In this document: positions 31,898 to 41,414 of the stretch, piece by piece
Layout of the letters: every line of letters starts with the position of its first letter
How positions within the stretch are numbered: position 1 is the stretch's first letter
DNA from: Betaproteobacteria bacterium
GTDB lineage: Bacteria; Pseudomonadota; Gammaproteobacteria; Burkholderiales; SG8-39
Reading direction: 5' to 3'
DNA: 64,000 nt
Assembly (NCBI GenBank): GCA_016210745.1
Contig: JACQTO010000176.1
Coordinates: 6,806-70,805, forward strand
Notes under the pieces: generated by a model
What the model was told of the DNA's origin: nothing
Database searches by the model: none
Seen by the model: the letters and a program-made list of their open reading frames with translations, nothing else
Translations under genes and position numbers: made by a program

Positions 31898-31919
31898 CTA
31901 GTGTCCTGTCCCGGAAGTA
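31898..31919 (+). repeat. Solo end of family E MITE
   Basis: CTAGTGTCCTGTCCCGGAAG matches the ends at 24241 and 24372. Confidence 0.55.
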
Positions 31920-31929
31920 TCTGGCATAA

Positions 31930-34900
31930 ATGGGCTGTCCGATCCGTGAAACTCCCATGACGCGAGCTGCGCTGAACACGGTGATCAAGAACGGAAACGG
32001 GACCGGCGGTCCGGCCCCAGTAGGATCCGCGCAAAGGCTGATGCTGTTTGCGTTTGCGCTGGCCGTGGCGGTCATCCTCGGCGCTGCGCATATATCGTTC
32101 AACTATTTTTCCGGCAGAGTTCTCAGAGAGGCGCAGGAGAACCTCCTCGCCATCGCCAAGCTCAAGAGCGACCAGATCGCCGTCATGATCGACGGTAAAA
32201 CGAGAGATGCGCGCCTGTTCAGCGTGCGACCTGCAGTGCCGAGCATTCTGGGCGGAAGACGCACAAGAGTGGCGCGGGAGGAAAGCGAGCGCATTGTTGT
32301 CAAAGTGATTGCCGATACCGCGGAGGCGCACGGTTACAAGAACATTTTCATAACAGATTCGCTGCTTCGTATCGTCGCTTCTCCCCCCGATGCTAAGCCT
32401 CACCCCTTTGAACGCGCGGCCCTGGAAGCGGCGCTCGGGAAAGGACAACCTGCACTCGCTGACATTCACATCGGTCCCGATGGTCTGCCGGACTACGGCG
32501 TGGCTTATCCGGTGTTCCAGAACGGTGAGGGCAATGGCCGCGTGATAGGCGCTGTATTTCTCGAGATTGACGGCCGGAAGAATCTTTTCCCGCTCCTCAG
32601 CAGTTGGCCCACCCCAAGTCCCAGCGCCGAAACGAGCCTGATTCGGCGCGAAGGCAATGAAGTCGTGATACTCAGCCCGCTGAAACAGGACCCATCGGCG
32701 CCGCCTCTGTCGATCCGGTTCCCGATCGGGGAAGAGCAGCGTCTGGGGACGCGGGCGATCCTGAAGGGCGAAACCCTGATCGAGGCGCGCGACTCCCGCG
32801 GCATCGAGGTCATCGCGGCAGCATATCCAGTGCCGGGAACCCCATGGGTCATGCTGTCCAAGGTCGATCGCGACGAAGTTGCAGGACCTGTTCACATACT
32901 GGCGGCGACCATCACGGCGCTGGTGGCTTTATTCCTGGTGCTCTCCGGCGGCATCGCCAGGCTTCTGTGGCGCCGGCATTCGCAGGCGTTGACCCTGAAA
33001 CGCGTGCGACTGGCCGAGCGCTACGCTGCCGCGGCCAGAGCATCCCTGGACGGGTACATGGTTGTCGATGAGGGAAGTCGGCAGATCCTCGAAGTCAATG
33101 CGGCTCTGGCGGGGATCACCGGCTATGGCTCGAGCGAGATGCTCGGAATGAACATCAGGAATTTGGTGGCGGACGAATCGCCGGAGCAGATTGCGGAACG
33201 CGGCCGGCGGCTGAAGGAAACCGGCGGCGACCGATTCCAGGGCCGGTGGAAGCGAAAAGACGGTGCGATCGTCGATGTCGAAATAAGCATGAATTATCTG
33301 CGGGACAGCAAGGAGGGGCATGTCGTTGCTTTTGTCCGTGATATCACCGAACGCAAGCGTGCTGAAAACGCACTTGCACGGGAGAGTTACCGCAACGAGG
33401 CGTTTCTGCGCAATTCAAGCGACGGCGTCCACATTGTCGACGCCGATGGGAACGTGCTGGAGGTGAGCGACTCGTTTTGCCGGATGCTCGGGTATTCCAG
33501 GGACGAACTGGTGGGTGCGAACGTCTCGAAATGGGATGCGCAATGGTCGCCCGACGAGCTCAGGTGCCGCATCAAAGAGCAGATCGAGAACGAAGGCACC
33601 TCCGAATTCGAGACCCGGCATCGGCGTCGCGACGGCAGCATTGTGGACGTCGATATCACCGGCAATGCGCTCGAGCTGGACGGCAGGAAAGTACTGTTCA
33701 ATTCGGCACGAGACATCACCGAACGCAAGCGGGCTGAAAACGCGCTGACAAGGGAGAGCCGCCGGAACCAGGCGTTCCTGCGCAATTCGAGCGACGGCGT
33801 TCATATTCTAGACGCGGACGGCAACGTGCTGGAGGTGAGCGACTCGTTCTGTCGAATGCACGGATATTCCCGGGAAGAGGTGATCGGTGCGAATGTTTCA
33901 AAATGGGTGCATCACGTGTCGCCGGAGGATCTCAGGTATCGTCTCAGAGAGTACCTGGAGATTGGAGGCTCCTCTAAATTCGAGGGCCGGCATCGGCGTC
34001 GAGATGGGAGCTTCCTGGATGTAGAAATCACCCGCAACGCGCTTGAGTTGGACGGCAAGAAGGTGCTGTTCAGCTCGGCACGGGACATCACCGATCGCAA
34101 GCGCCGCGAGAACGAGATCGCTGCGCTCAATCGCTTGTACAAGACGTTGAGCGGGGTGAACGGGGCGATCGTTCGCTCGACCAATCGCCGCGAGCTTTGT
34201 CAGCGGGTGTGCGAGATTGCCGCGAAACACGGCGGGTGGGAGGCGGCATGGATCGGATTTGTCGACGAGGATACCCAATGGATCGTGCCCGAGGCGTGGA
34301 GCAACTCAATGGCGCCCTTCATCGAGGGCATGCATGTCAGCGTCGACCCCGAGCGGCCGGAAGGACGGGGGCCAACGGGGATCTCGACGCGGAGCGGTAC
34401 TCCGTATTTCTGCAATGACGTGTTCTCAGACCCGGTTACGGCGCCCTGGCGCATGTTCCTGAAGGACTTCGGCGTCGCTTCTGCCGCAGCCGTGCCCGTT
34501 CGTTCAGGCCAGTCGTTTTCCGGCGTCATCAATCTGTACTCCACTCAAAAGGAATTCTTCTCGCCGGACGTACAGGCGCTCCTGGTTGAAATATGCGGCG
34601 ATCTTTCCTACGCGATCGAAACATTCGAACTCAAAGCCCGGCACGAGCGCCTGCAAACCCGACTGGCGGAAATTGTGGAATCCTCGAACGATGCGATTTC
34701 CGCCGCAGACATGGCCGGAATCGTGACGAACTGGAACGCGGGGGCGGAAGCGCTCTACGGCTACCGCGCGGAGGAAATCGTAGGCAAGCAGGTGCGGATC
34801 CTCATTCCCGAGGATATGCGCCAAGATTTCGAGGCTTTCCTTGGATCCGTCGAGAAGGGCAAGGGGATTTCGAATCTGGAAACCGTGCGCTTGACCAAAG

Positions 34901-35754
34901 ACGGCAGGCGCATCAATGTGGCGCTGACGTTTTCCCCGATCAAGGGCCCCATTGGGGAGATCGTTGGGTACTCGGTGATCGCCCGGGATATCACCGAGCG
35001 CAAGCGTTTGGAAAAGGAAATTCTGACACTCAACGAATCGCTGGAGCGACGGGTGGCCGAGCGCACCAGGGAATTGGAGAGCGCCAACCGGGAACTGGAT
35101 TCGTTTTCGTATTCGGTGTCTCACGATTTGAGGGCGCCTCTGCGCGCACTGGTCGGCTTCACCGGAATAATCCAGCAGGATTATGCAAAGCTGCTCGACG
35201 CCGGCGGCCGGCAAATGCTCGATCGCATCGTTCATAATTCCCTGCGCATGGGGGAGATGATCGACGACCTGTTGCGGCTCTCGCGCCTTGGGCGCGCGGG
35301 GCTCAATATGCGCCCGGTCGATCTGAACGCCCTGGTTGCCGAGGCGGTTCGGACCGCGCTCGCCGAACATCCGAAGACGCACGTGGAGGTGGCGCAACTG
35401 CCCGCGGTAACCGGAGACCCGGGGCTGTTGCGTCAGGTATTCCAAAATCTGCTCGACAATGCCTTCAAGTTCAGCGCCAAGGTGGCTTCGCCGAACGTGT
35501 CGATCGGAGTCGAGCCTGGCCCGGAAGGGGCCGTCTTTTTTGTGCGCGACAATGGCGCCGGATTCGACATGAACTATGCGGACAAGCTTTTCGGAGTCTT
35601 CCAGCGCATGCATCAAGCGTCCGAATTTCCCGGCACCGGCGTGGGTCTGGTCATCGTCAAGCGCATCGTCGAGCGCCATGGCGGCCGGGTATGGGCCGAG
35701 AGCGCGCCGGGGCAAGGCGCGACGTTCCGATTCACATTGGGTGCGCGGGCCTGA
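31930..35754 (+). CDS. Membrane sensor histidine kinase (Cache-like, 4 PAS, GAF, HisKA, HATPase)
   Basis: Two TM segments, four RDITxRKR PAC ends, GAF, SVSHDLRAP, DNGAGF, GTGVGL; start may be ATG 31957. Confidence 0.93.
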   Translation: MGCPIRETPMTRAALNTVIKNGNGTGGPAPVGSAQRLMLFAFALAVAVILGAAHISFNYFSGRVLREAQENLLAIAKLKSDQIAVMIDGKTRDARLFSVRPAVPSILGGRRTRVAREESERIVVKVIADTAEAHGYKNIFITDSLLRIVASPPDAKPHPFERAALEAALGKGQPALADIHIGPDGLPDYGVAYPVFQNGEGNGRVIGAVFLEIDGRKNLFPLLSSWPTPSPSAETSLIRREGNEVVILSPLKQDPSAPPLSIRFPIGEEQRLGTRAILKGETLIEARDSRGIEVIAAAYPVPGTPWVMLSKVDRDEVAGPVHILAATITALVALFLVLSGGIARLLWRRHSQALTLKRVRLAERYAAAARASLDGYMVVDEGSRQILEVNAALAGITGYGSSEMLGMNIRNLVADESPEQIAERGRRLKETGGDRFQGRWKRKDGAIVDVEISMNYLRDSKEGHVVAFVRDITERKRAENALARESYRNEAFLRNSSDGVHIVDADGNVLEVSDSFCRMLGYSRDELVGANVSKWDAQWSPDELRCRIKEQIENEGTSEFETRHRRRDGSIVDVDITGNALELDGRKVLFNSARDITERKRAENALTRESRRNQAFLRNSSDGVHILDADGNVLEVSDSFCRMHGYSREEVIGANVSKWVHHVSPEDLRYRLREYLEIGGSSKFEGRHRRRDGSFLDVEITRNALELDGKKVLFSSARDITDRKRRENEIAALNRLYKTLSGVNGAIVRSTNRRELCQRVCEIAAKHGGWEAAWIGFVDEDTQWIVPEAWSNSMAPFIEGMHVSVDPERPEGRGPTGISTRSGTPYFCNDVFSDPVTAPWRMFLKDFGVASAAAVPVRSGQSFSGVINLYSTQKEFFSPDVQALLVEICGDLSYAIETFELKARHERLQTRLAEIVESSNDAISAADMAGIVTNWNAGAEALYGYRAEEIVGKQVRILIPEDMRQDFEAFLGSVEKGKGISNLETVRLTKDGRRINVALTFSPIKGPIGEIVGYSVIARDITERKRLEKEILTLNESLERRVAERTRELESANRELDSFSYSVSHDLRAPLRALVGFTGIIQQDYAKLLDAGGRQMLDRIVHNSLRMGEMIDDLLRLSRLGRAGLNMRPVDLNALVAEAVRTALAEHPKTHVEVAQLPAVTGDPGLLRQVFQNLLDNAFKFSAKVASPNVSIGVEPGPEGAVFFVRDNGAGFDMNYADKLFGVFQRMHQASEFPGTGVGLVIVKRIVERHGGRVWAESAPGQGATFRFTLGARA

Positions 35755-35764
35755 GGGCCGAGCC

Positions 35765-35898
35765 ACCGTTGACAAATTTGGCGAAGATTTGATTTCTAAA
35801 TTTGTCTCCCTCTTTCGTGCGGTTGCGTGCAACCGCACGAAAGAGGGAGATTGATAAACGGCAAAACCAGCTTCGTTGATTCGGCTGGTCCGGCTCAG
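35765..35898 (+). repeat. Repeat family A copy A6 (left end clipped)
   Basis: Perfect 22-bp stem at 35805-35850; ends GGTCCGGC-TCAG. Confidence 0.9.
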
Positions 35899-35909
35899 CC
35901 CCGGCGTTG

Positions 35910-35953
35910 AAGGGGTCGGGTTGCGAGCACCCCGGCTCATTGCGTCCCGGATG
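35910..35953 (+). repeat. Repeat family D copy D1 (degenerate hairpin)
   Basis: AAGGGGTCGGGTTGCGAGCACCCCGGCTCATTGCGTCCCGGATG, a direct repeat of D2. Confidence 0.7.
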
Positions 35954-36091
35954 AAAAGACCATTCGTGCACAATCGACGATCTCATATGAAGCGCCAAGC
36001 CGTCCGTGCCGTAGTAAATGCAGAATGGTTGTCAGCCGATCAAGGCAGCGGGCATCCTTTGGGTTCTCTACGTCCGAAGGAGGCTGCCAAG

Positions 36092-37372
36092 ATGGCTGAC
36101 ACTACACATGTTAAGTCCGACTGTCATTGGGTTGCAATCGATGTGGCCCGCTACTGGAATGCCGTGTTGATCGAGACGACCAGCGGAGAGCGGCATCGCT
36201 TCAAAATGGCCAACAGCGCCGAGGATTTCGATCGCCTGATTGAATTCCTGCACGGACTCGGCGGCCGATGTCATGCTGCGCTGGAACCAACCGGAGATTA
36301 TCACCGGCCAATCGCCCATCGCCTCTTGCAGGCCGACGTTGAAGTTTCGGGGGTCTCCTCGGTCGCGCAGGCCCGGTATCGCGAAGCCATGTTCAATTCC
36401 CGGGACAAGAACGATCCCAAGGACGCCGGCGTGATCCTGGAAATGCTCAAACAGGGCCGCGTGCAGACTTACGTGGATCCGATGCTGGCCGGCAATCACG
36501 ACCTGCAAGAACTTTCAAAGACCTACTACCAAGTGTCGCGCGCCCGGACCAGGGTTCAGCACTCAATCATCAATCACCACCTGCCGCTTTACTTTCCTGA
36601 GATGCATCGTTACTGGGTCGCCAGCCGCAACGAGTGGTGGGTGCGGTTCATGATCGAGTTTCCGACACCAGCACACGTCCGGCAGCTGGCGTGCGACCAG
36701 TTCGTGCAAGCCGCTTGGGACCTGGTGGGGCGCAAGGTCAACAAGCGCGCCAGGCTTACTGAGATATGGCAATTAGCCGGCCATTCTGCGGCGTTGCCGC
36801 ATGCCACGGATAGCCTGGCTGTTGAAACCTTTCGCATGACGCTGCGGCACTACCAGCACATAACGGAACTGCGAGAGGAGATCGACGCAAAAGCCGAATC
36901 GGTTCTATGCGGCAATCCAGATTATGAGAATCTCAAGTCACTACCCGGGATCGGCCCGGTCATTGCCTTGACTATCCTGGCCGAGGCAGGGGACGTTCGA
37001 CGCTTTCGGCATCATCGACAGTTTCTGAAATATTGTGGCTTCGATCTGGCCAAGAACCAGTCCGGCGTCTATCGCGGCCGAGAACAACTCTCCAAGCGGG
37101 GAAACGCCCGGTTGCGCCTGGCATTCTGGTTGGCTGGCCAAGTAGCAGTGCGGATCCGAGAGAACTCGTTTAGGGAGAAGTATGACCGCTATATCAGCGC
37201 CAATCCCAAGGATGCCGATCTCAAGCGCAAGGCACTGACGGCGATCGCGGCGAAGATGGCGCGCGTCGCCTATGGAATGATCAAGAAGAACCAGCCGTAT
37301 CGACGGTTCTTCGAACAGAGTTTGCCCAGTGGATCGATCCCTCTCAGTAGGGCCGTTGGGGCGCCGTCCTAG
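36092..37372 (+). CDS. IS110 family DEDD recombinase/transposase
   Basis: AIDVAR, LEPTG, KNDPKDA (DEDD); SLPGIGP, NQSG (catalytic Ser), LSKRGNARLR; AAGGAGG RBS before ATG 36092. Confidence 0.95.
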   Translation: MADTTHVKSDCHWVAIDVARYWNAVLIETTSGERHRFKMANSAEDFDRLIEFLHGLGGRCHAALEPTGDYHRPIAHRLLQADVEVSGVSSVAQARYREAMFNSRDKNDPKDAGVILEMLKQGRVQTYVDPMLAGNHDLQELSKTYYQVSRARTRVQHSIINHHLPLYFPEMHRYWVASRNEWWVRFMIEFPTPAHVRQLACDQFVQAAWDLVGRKVNKRARLTEIWQLAGHSAALPHATDSLAVETFRMTLRHYQHITELREEIDAKAESVLCGNPDYENLKSLPGIGPVIALTILAEAGDVRRFRHHRQFLKYCGFDLAKNQSGVYRGREQLSKRGNARLRLAFWLAGQVAVRIRENSFREKYDRYISANPKDADLKRKALTAIAAKMARVAYGMIKKNQPYRRFFEQSLPSGSIPLSRAVGAPS

Positions 37373-37600
37373 ACGGGGACCCTGTAGATAATGCTTGGAC
37401 CTTCCGCTGGGCTGCTTATATTGTTTTAGGTACGGTGAAGATCAGGCCGGTGGGCCGTGAATCTTGTTTCCACTATGGTAAATCGAGGCACCCGGATGTC
37501 GCGGAAGACCGCTGGTCACACTGTTGTTCGCTCTTTATCATTGCCTGATTCGCTGCCGCGGGTCAGCTCGGGACGCTCTTGCCTTTTTCTAACTGACCTA
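37345..37600 (+). ncRNA. Candidate bridge RNA/seekRNA of the IS1111-type element (boundaries approximate)
   Basis: Non-coding region downstream of the transposase with short segments matching the target and donor junctions (see findings). Confidence 0.55.
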
Positions 37601-37612
37601 TTGCATTTAGTA

Positions 37613-37697
37613 CGTTATCCGTAACCGGGTTTTCAGTACGGATGTTTCTTTATCCGTGCTGAAAACCCGGTTGGCGCGCGCAGCGCGCAAGGCCGCG
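37613..37697 (-). repeat. Repeat family C copy C1
   Basis: 21-bp stem AACCGGGTTTTCAGTACGGAT / ATCCGTGCTGAAAACCCGGTT; reverse-complement homologue of 63492-63574. Confidence 0.85.
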
Positions 37698-37722
37698 GTC
37701 GGCTGACTGACCGTCGATTTCT

Positions 37723-37764
37723 AAGGGGTCGGGTTGCGAGCAACCCGACCCTTGCGTCCTTGAT
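37723..37764 (+). repeat. Repeat family D copy D2 (hairpin; may also terminate mfd)
   Basis: GGGTCGGGTTGC-GA-GCAACCCGACCC, perfect 12-bp stem. Confidence 0.75.
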
Positions 37765-37809
37765 GGCAGGAAGATTCTTCACCGAAGACTTCAGTCAGCT
37801 CAAAGGCTG

Positions 37810-40800
37810 CTACTCCACCACCGCCCCCCGCAGCGTCTCGATCACCTGCCGGGTGGCGCGTACGCGTTCCTCGAGGTCCTCGGTCACCCGCTCGACGCGC
37901 AGTTTGCTCGGGCCGGCCAGCCGCCAGCCGGGGTTCTTGTGCACTAGGGCGATGACCCTGCCGGGATCGAGCGGCGGATGCGGTCCGAACTGGAGCTGTA
38001 TGGTCTCGGAGCTTGCATCGAGCCGCGCGAGGGCGAGCGGCTTGCCCAAAATGCGCAGCCGGTGCGCATCGAGCAGCGAGCGCACTGCGGGCGGCGAGGC
38101 GCCGAAGCGGTCGACCAGTTCTTCCTGCATGGCGTCGACGCTTTCGATCGAATCGCAGTTGGCGAGCCGTTTGTAGATGACCAGCCGCTCGTGCACGTCG
38201 GCGCAGTAGTCGGCGGGCAGCAGGGCGGGCAGGTGCAGATTGATCTCGGTTGCGACGCCGAACGGCTGCGCCAAGTCCGGCTCGCGCCCGGCCTTGAGCG
38301 AGCGCACGGCGTGGTCGAGCATGTCGGCATAGAGGTTGAAGCCGATCTCCTGCATCTCGCCGGACTGCGATTCGCCCAGCACTTCGCCCGCTCCGCGAAT
38401 CTCCAGGTCGTGCATGGCGAGGTAAAAGCCCGAGCCCAGTTCCTCCATCGCCTGGATCGCCTCGAGCCGTTTTTTCGCCGCCGCCGAAAGCGCTTCCCCC
38501 GGGGGCGTAAGCAGGTAGGCGTAGGCTTGGTGATGCGAGCGTCCCACGCGCCCGCGCAACTGATGCAATTGCGCCAGGCCGAACTTGTCGGCGCGATTGA
38601 TGACAATGGTATTGGCGGTCGGAATGTCGATGCCGGTCTCGATGATGGTCGAGCACAGCAGCAGGTTGTGGCGTTGCTGCAGAAACTCGCGCATCACGCG
38701 TTCCAGGTCGCGCTCGCGCATCTGCCCGTGCGCGATGGCGATGCGCGCCTCCGGGACAAGCTTCTCCAGCCGCTCGCGCTGCCCTTCTATGGTGTCGACC
38801 TCGTTGTGCAGAAAGTAGATCTGGCCGCCGCGCTTCAGTTCGCGAAGGCAAGCCTCGCGTATGACGCCGGGAGAATACGTGGCGACGAAAGTCTTGATCG
38901 CCAGGCGCCGCTCGGGGGCCGTCGCGATTACCGACAGGTCGCGCATGCCCTCCAGCGCCATCGCGAGCGTTCGCGGAATGGGCGTCGCGGTGAGAGTGAG
39001 CACGTCGACCTCGGCGCGCAGGCGCTTGAGCGCCTCTTTCTGGCGCACGCCGAAGCGGTGCTCCTCATCGACGATCACCAGGCCCAGGCGCGCGAATTTG
39101 ACGTCGCGCGAGAGCAGCTTGTGCGTGCCGATTGCGATGTCGATCTCTCCCGAGGCGATTCCCTTGAGCGCCGCGGAGGTTTCCTTGCCGGTGCGAAACC
39201 GCGACAGCTCGGCGAGCCTGGCAGGCCAATCGGCGAAACGGTCGGAGAAGGTCTGAAAGTGCTGTTCGGCGAGCAGCGTGGTCGGCGCGAGGACGGCCAC
39301 CTGCATGCTGTCGGCTACCGCCATGAATGCCGCGCGCAGGGCAACCTCGGTCTTGCCGAAACCGACATCGCCGCAGATCAACCGATCCATCGGTTTTCCC
39401 TGGCGCATGTCGGAGATCACCGCGTCGATGGCCCCGGACTGGTCCGCGGTCTCCTCGAAACCGAAGCCTTCGGCAAAGGCCTCCACGTCGTGCTGACTGG
39501 TCTTGAACGAGCGTCCTTGGCGCGCGGCACGCTGCGCGTACAGATGCAGCAATTCCGCGGCGGTGTCGCGCACCTGCGCGGCCGCGCGGCGCTTGGCCTT
39601 GTCCCAGGCGTCGCCGCCGAGCCGGTGCAGTGGCGCGGCCTCCGCCGGACCGCCCGAGTAGCGGCTGATCGCGTGCAATTGCGCCACCGGCACGTACAGC
39701 TTGTCGTTGTCCGCGTATTCGATCAGCAGGAATTCCTGCATCTGGCCTTTGGTGCCCTCGTTGAATTCGAGATTCACCAGTCCCCTGTACCTGCCGATGC
39801 CGTGCTGCAGGTGCACCACCGGGTCGCCCGCGCGCAGCTCCGATAGGTCGCGCAGCATGCCCTCGACCGAGGTCTGCAGCGCCTTGTTGCGCGCGGCGCC
39901 CGCACGCGCCGTGCCGGCATAGAGCTCGGACTCGGTGATGAGGGCCAAGGCGCCGGGATCGAGGAGAAATCCGTTCGAGAGCGGGGACACTGCGAGTGCG
40001 AATCTCGCCTGCGAATCGAGGAAATCCTGAAAGCCCGCGCAGGATTCCGGCTTCAGCCCATATTCGGCCAGGTACTGGGTGATGGTTTCGCGCCGGCCGG
40101 CCGATTCGGCGAGCAACAGCACACGGCGCCCCGAGCCGGACAGGAACTCCTTGAGCCTGCGCAGAGGGTCCGCTGCACGGCGCTCCACGCCAAGCTCCGG
40201 CAGGGCTCCGGTTGTGATGTCGGACCGCGTTTCGCCCTCCGAAGCGGCACGGATGTCCGTGCGCGCGAATTCTCCGGCCCCGACAAAAAACTCCTCGGCG
40301 GTGAGAAACAACTCACCTGGCGGCAGCAGCGGCCGCATGCGGTCGCCGCGCAGCAACTGGTAGCGCGATTGCGTGTCGCGCCAAAACTCGGTGAAAGCGG
40401 TGTGCACGTCGTGGTGCAAGCACAGTGAAGTCTGCGGCGGCAGGTAATCGAGCAGCGTCGCCGTGGCCTCGAAGAAAAGCGGCAAGTACGACTCGACGCC
40501 GGCGGGCATGACGCCATTGGAAACGTCCTTGTAAATGGAGCTCTTCGACGGATCTCCCTCGAAGGACTCGCGAAAACGGCTGCGGAACCGGTTGCGCCCC
40601 TCGTCGTCGATCGGGAACTCCCTCGCCGGCAGCAGGCGTACCTCGCTCACTTTGTAGATGGTGCGCTGGGTATCGACGTCGAAGGTGCGAATCGACTCGA
40701 TCGCCTCGTCTTCCAGGTCGATGCGATACGGCAGCGGGCTGCCCATGGGGAAAAGGTCGATCAGGCCGCCGCGCACGCAGTATTCACCCGGGGCGACCAC

Positions 40801-41253
40801 TTGGGTCACGTGTTGATAGCCGGCAAGAGTCATCTGCGCTCGCAGCGCATCGAGCTTGATCGTGCCGCCTTGTTTGAGGAAGAAAGTATAGGCAGCGAGA
40901 AATGCAGGCGGGGCGAGGCGGCACAGCGCGGTGGTTGCGGGCACGATGGCAAGATCGAAGTCGCGCTGCTGGATCCGGTAAAGCGTCGCCAGGCGCTCCG
41001 ATACCAGATCGTGATGGGGAGAAAAGCCGTCGTACGGAAGCGTTTCCCAGTCGGGCAGCAGGCACACCCTGAGCTGCGGCGCGAACCAGGCGACTTCCTC
41101 GCGCAAGCGCTGCGCGTCGCGCGCGTAGGCGCAGATCGCCACAACAGGTGAAGCGCGCGCGGCCGCACGTGCGAGGGCCAGCGCGTCGCTCGAACCGAAT
41201 AGGCGCGAGCGTGCCGGAGCCTTTTCGTCGACGAGTACGGCAAGATTCTGCAT
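37810..41253 (-). CDS. mfd: Transcription-repair coupling factor
   Basis: LPDWETLPYD, GDVGFGKT, DEEHRFG, TATPIPRT, QLRGRVGR; start MQNLAV is approximate. Confidence 0.97.
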   Translation of the reverse strand: MQNLAVLVDEKAPARSRLFGSSDALALARAAARASPVVAICAYARDAQRLREEVAWFAPQLRVCLLPDWETLPYDGFSPHHDLVSERLATLYRIQQRDFDLAIVPATTALCRLAPPAFLAAYTFFLKQGGTIKLDALRAQMTLAGYQHVTQVVAPGEYCVRGGLIDLFPMGSPLPYRIDLEDEAIESIRTFDVDTQRTIYKVSEVRLLPAREFPIDDEGRNRFRSRFRESFEGDPSKSSIYKDVSNGVMPAGVESYLPLFFEATATLLDYLPPQTSLCLHHDVHTAFTEFWRDTQSRYQLLRGDRMRPLLPPGELFLTAEEFFVGAGEFARTDIRAASEGETRSDITTGALPELGVERRAADPLRRLKEFLSGSGRRVLLLAESAGRRETITQYLAEYGLKPESCAGFQDFLDSQARFALAVSPLSNGFLLDPGALALITESELYAGTARAGAARNKALQTSVEGMLRDLSELRAGDPVVHLQHGIGRYRGLVNLEFNEGTKGQMQEFLLIEYADNDKLYVPVAQLHAISRYSGGPAEAAPLHRLGGDAWDKAKRRAAAQVRDTAAELLHLYAQRAARQGRSFKTSQHDVEAFAEGFGFEETADQSGAIDAVISDMRQGKPMDRLICGDVGFGKTEVALRAAFMAVADSMQVAVLAPTTLLAEQHFQTFSDRFADWPARLAELSRFRTGKETSAALKGIASGEIDIAIGTHKLLSRDVKFARLGLVIVDEEHRFGVRQKEALKRLRAEVDVLTLTATPIPRTLAMALEGMRDLSVIATAPERRLAIKTFVATYSPGVIREACLRELKRGGQIYFLHNEVDTIEGQRERLEKLVPEARIAIAHGQMRERDLERVMREFLQQRHNLLLCSTIIETGIDIPTANTIVINRADKFGLAQLHQLRGRVGRSHHQAYAYLLTPPGEALSAAAKKRLEAIQAMEELGSGFYLAMHDLEIRGAGEVLGESQSGEMQEIGFNLYADMLDHAVRSLKAGREPDLAQPFGVATEINLHLPALLPADYCADVHERLVIYKRLANCDSIESVDAMQEELVDRFGASPPAVRSLLDAHRLRILGKPLALARLDASSETIQLQFGPHPPLDPGRVIALVHKNPGWRLAGPSKLRVERVTEDLEERVRATRQVIETLRGAVVE

Positions 41254-41414
41254 GGTTCCGGCGTGAAAACTTGGCGGAGTAAGCAAGCGCAATAAGGGCG
41301 CAGAAACGGCAAAACCCGCGTTAAACGGTGCCTTGAATGCGGGCGCGCGTTTCGAACGCGGGAACAACTTATAATTATACCGTTTGGCCATTTCGGATTT
41401 TGCGCGAAATTTCA

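Larger units (their letters stand above)
36008..37615 (+). mobile_element. IS110-family, IS1111-type insertion sequence
   Basis: CGT at both junctions (36005-36007, 37613-37615); sub-terminal IRs TAAATGCA (36015-36022) and TGCATTTA (37602-37609), 7 and 3 nt inside the ends; long downstream non-coding region. Confidence 0.8.

Noticed and set aside
35876-36091. N-terminal extensions in the ORF track (IS110 from 35876; also 43980-46523, 9835-11118, 13383-14456, 37810-41421)
   Set aside because: They run through repeats, element ends or neighbouring genes; downstream starts match family N-termini and in several cases have an RBS.
35910-37764. D1/D2 direct repeats as the target duplication or ends of the IS110 element
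   Set aside because: IS110-family elements do not make long duplications; better ends (CGT core plus sub-terminal IRs) lie at 36005 and 37615, and D1/D2 are diverged.
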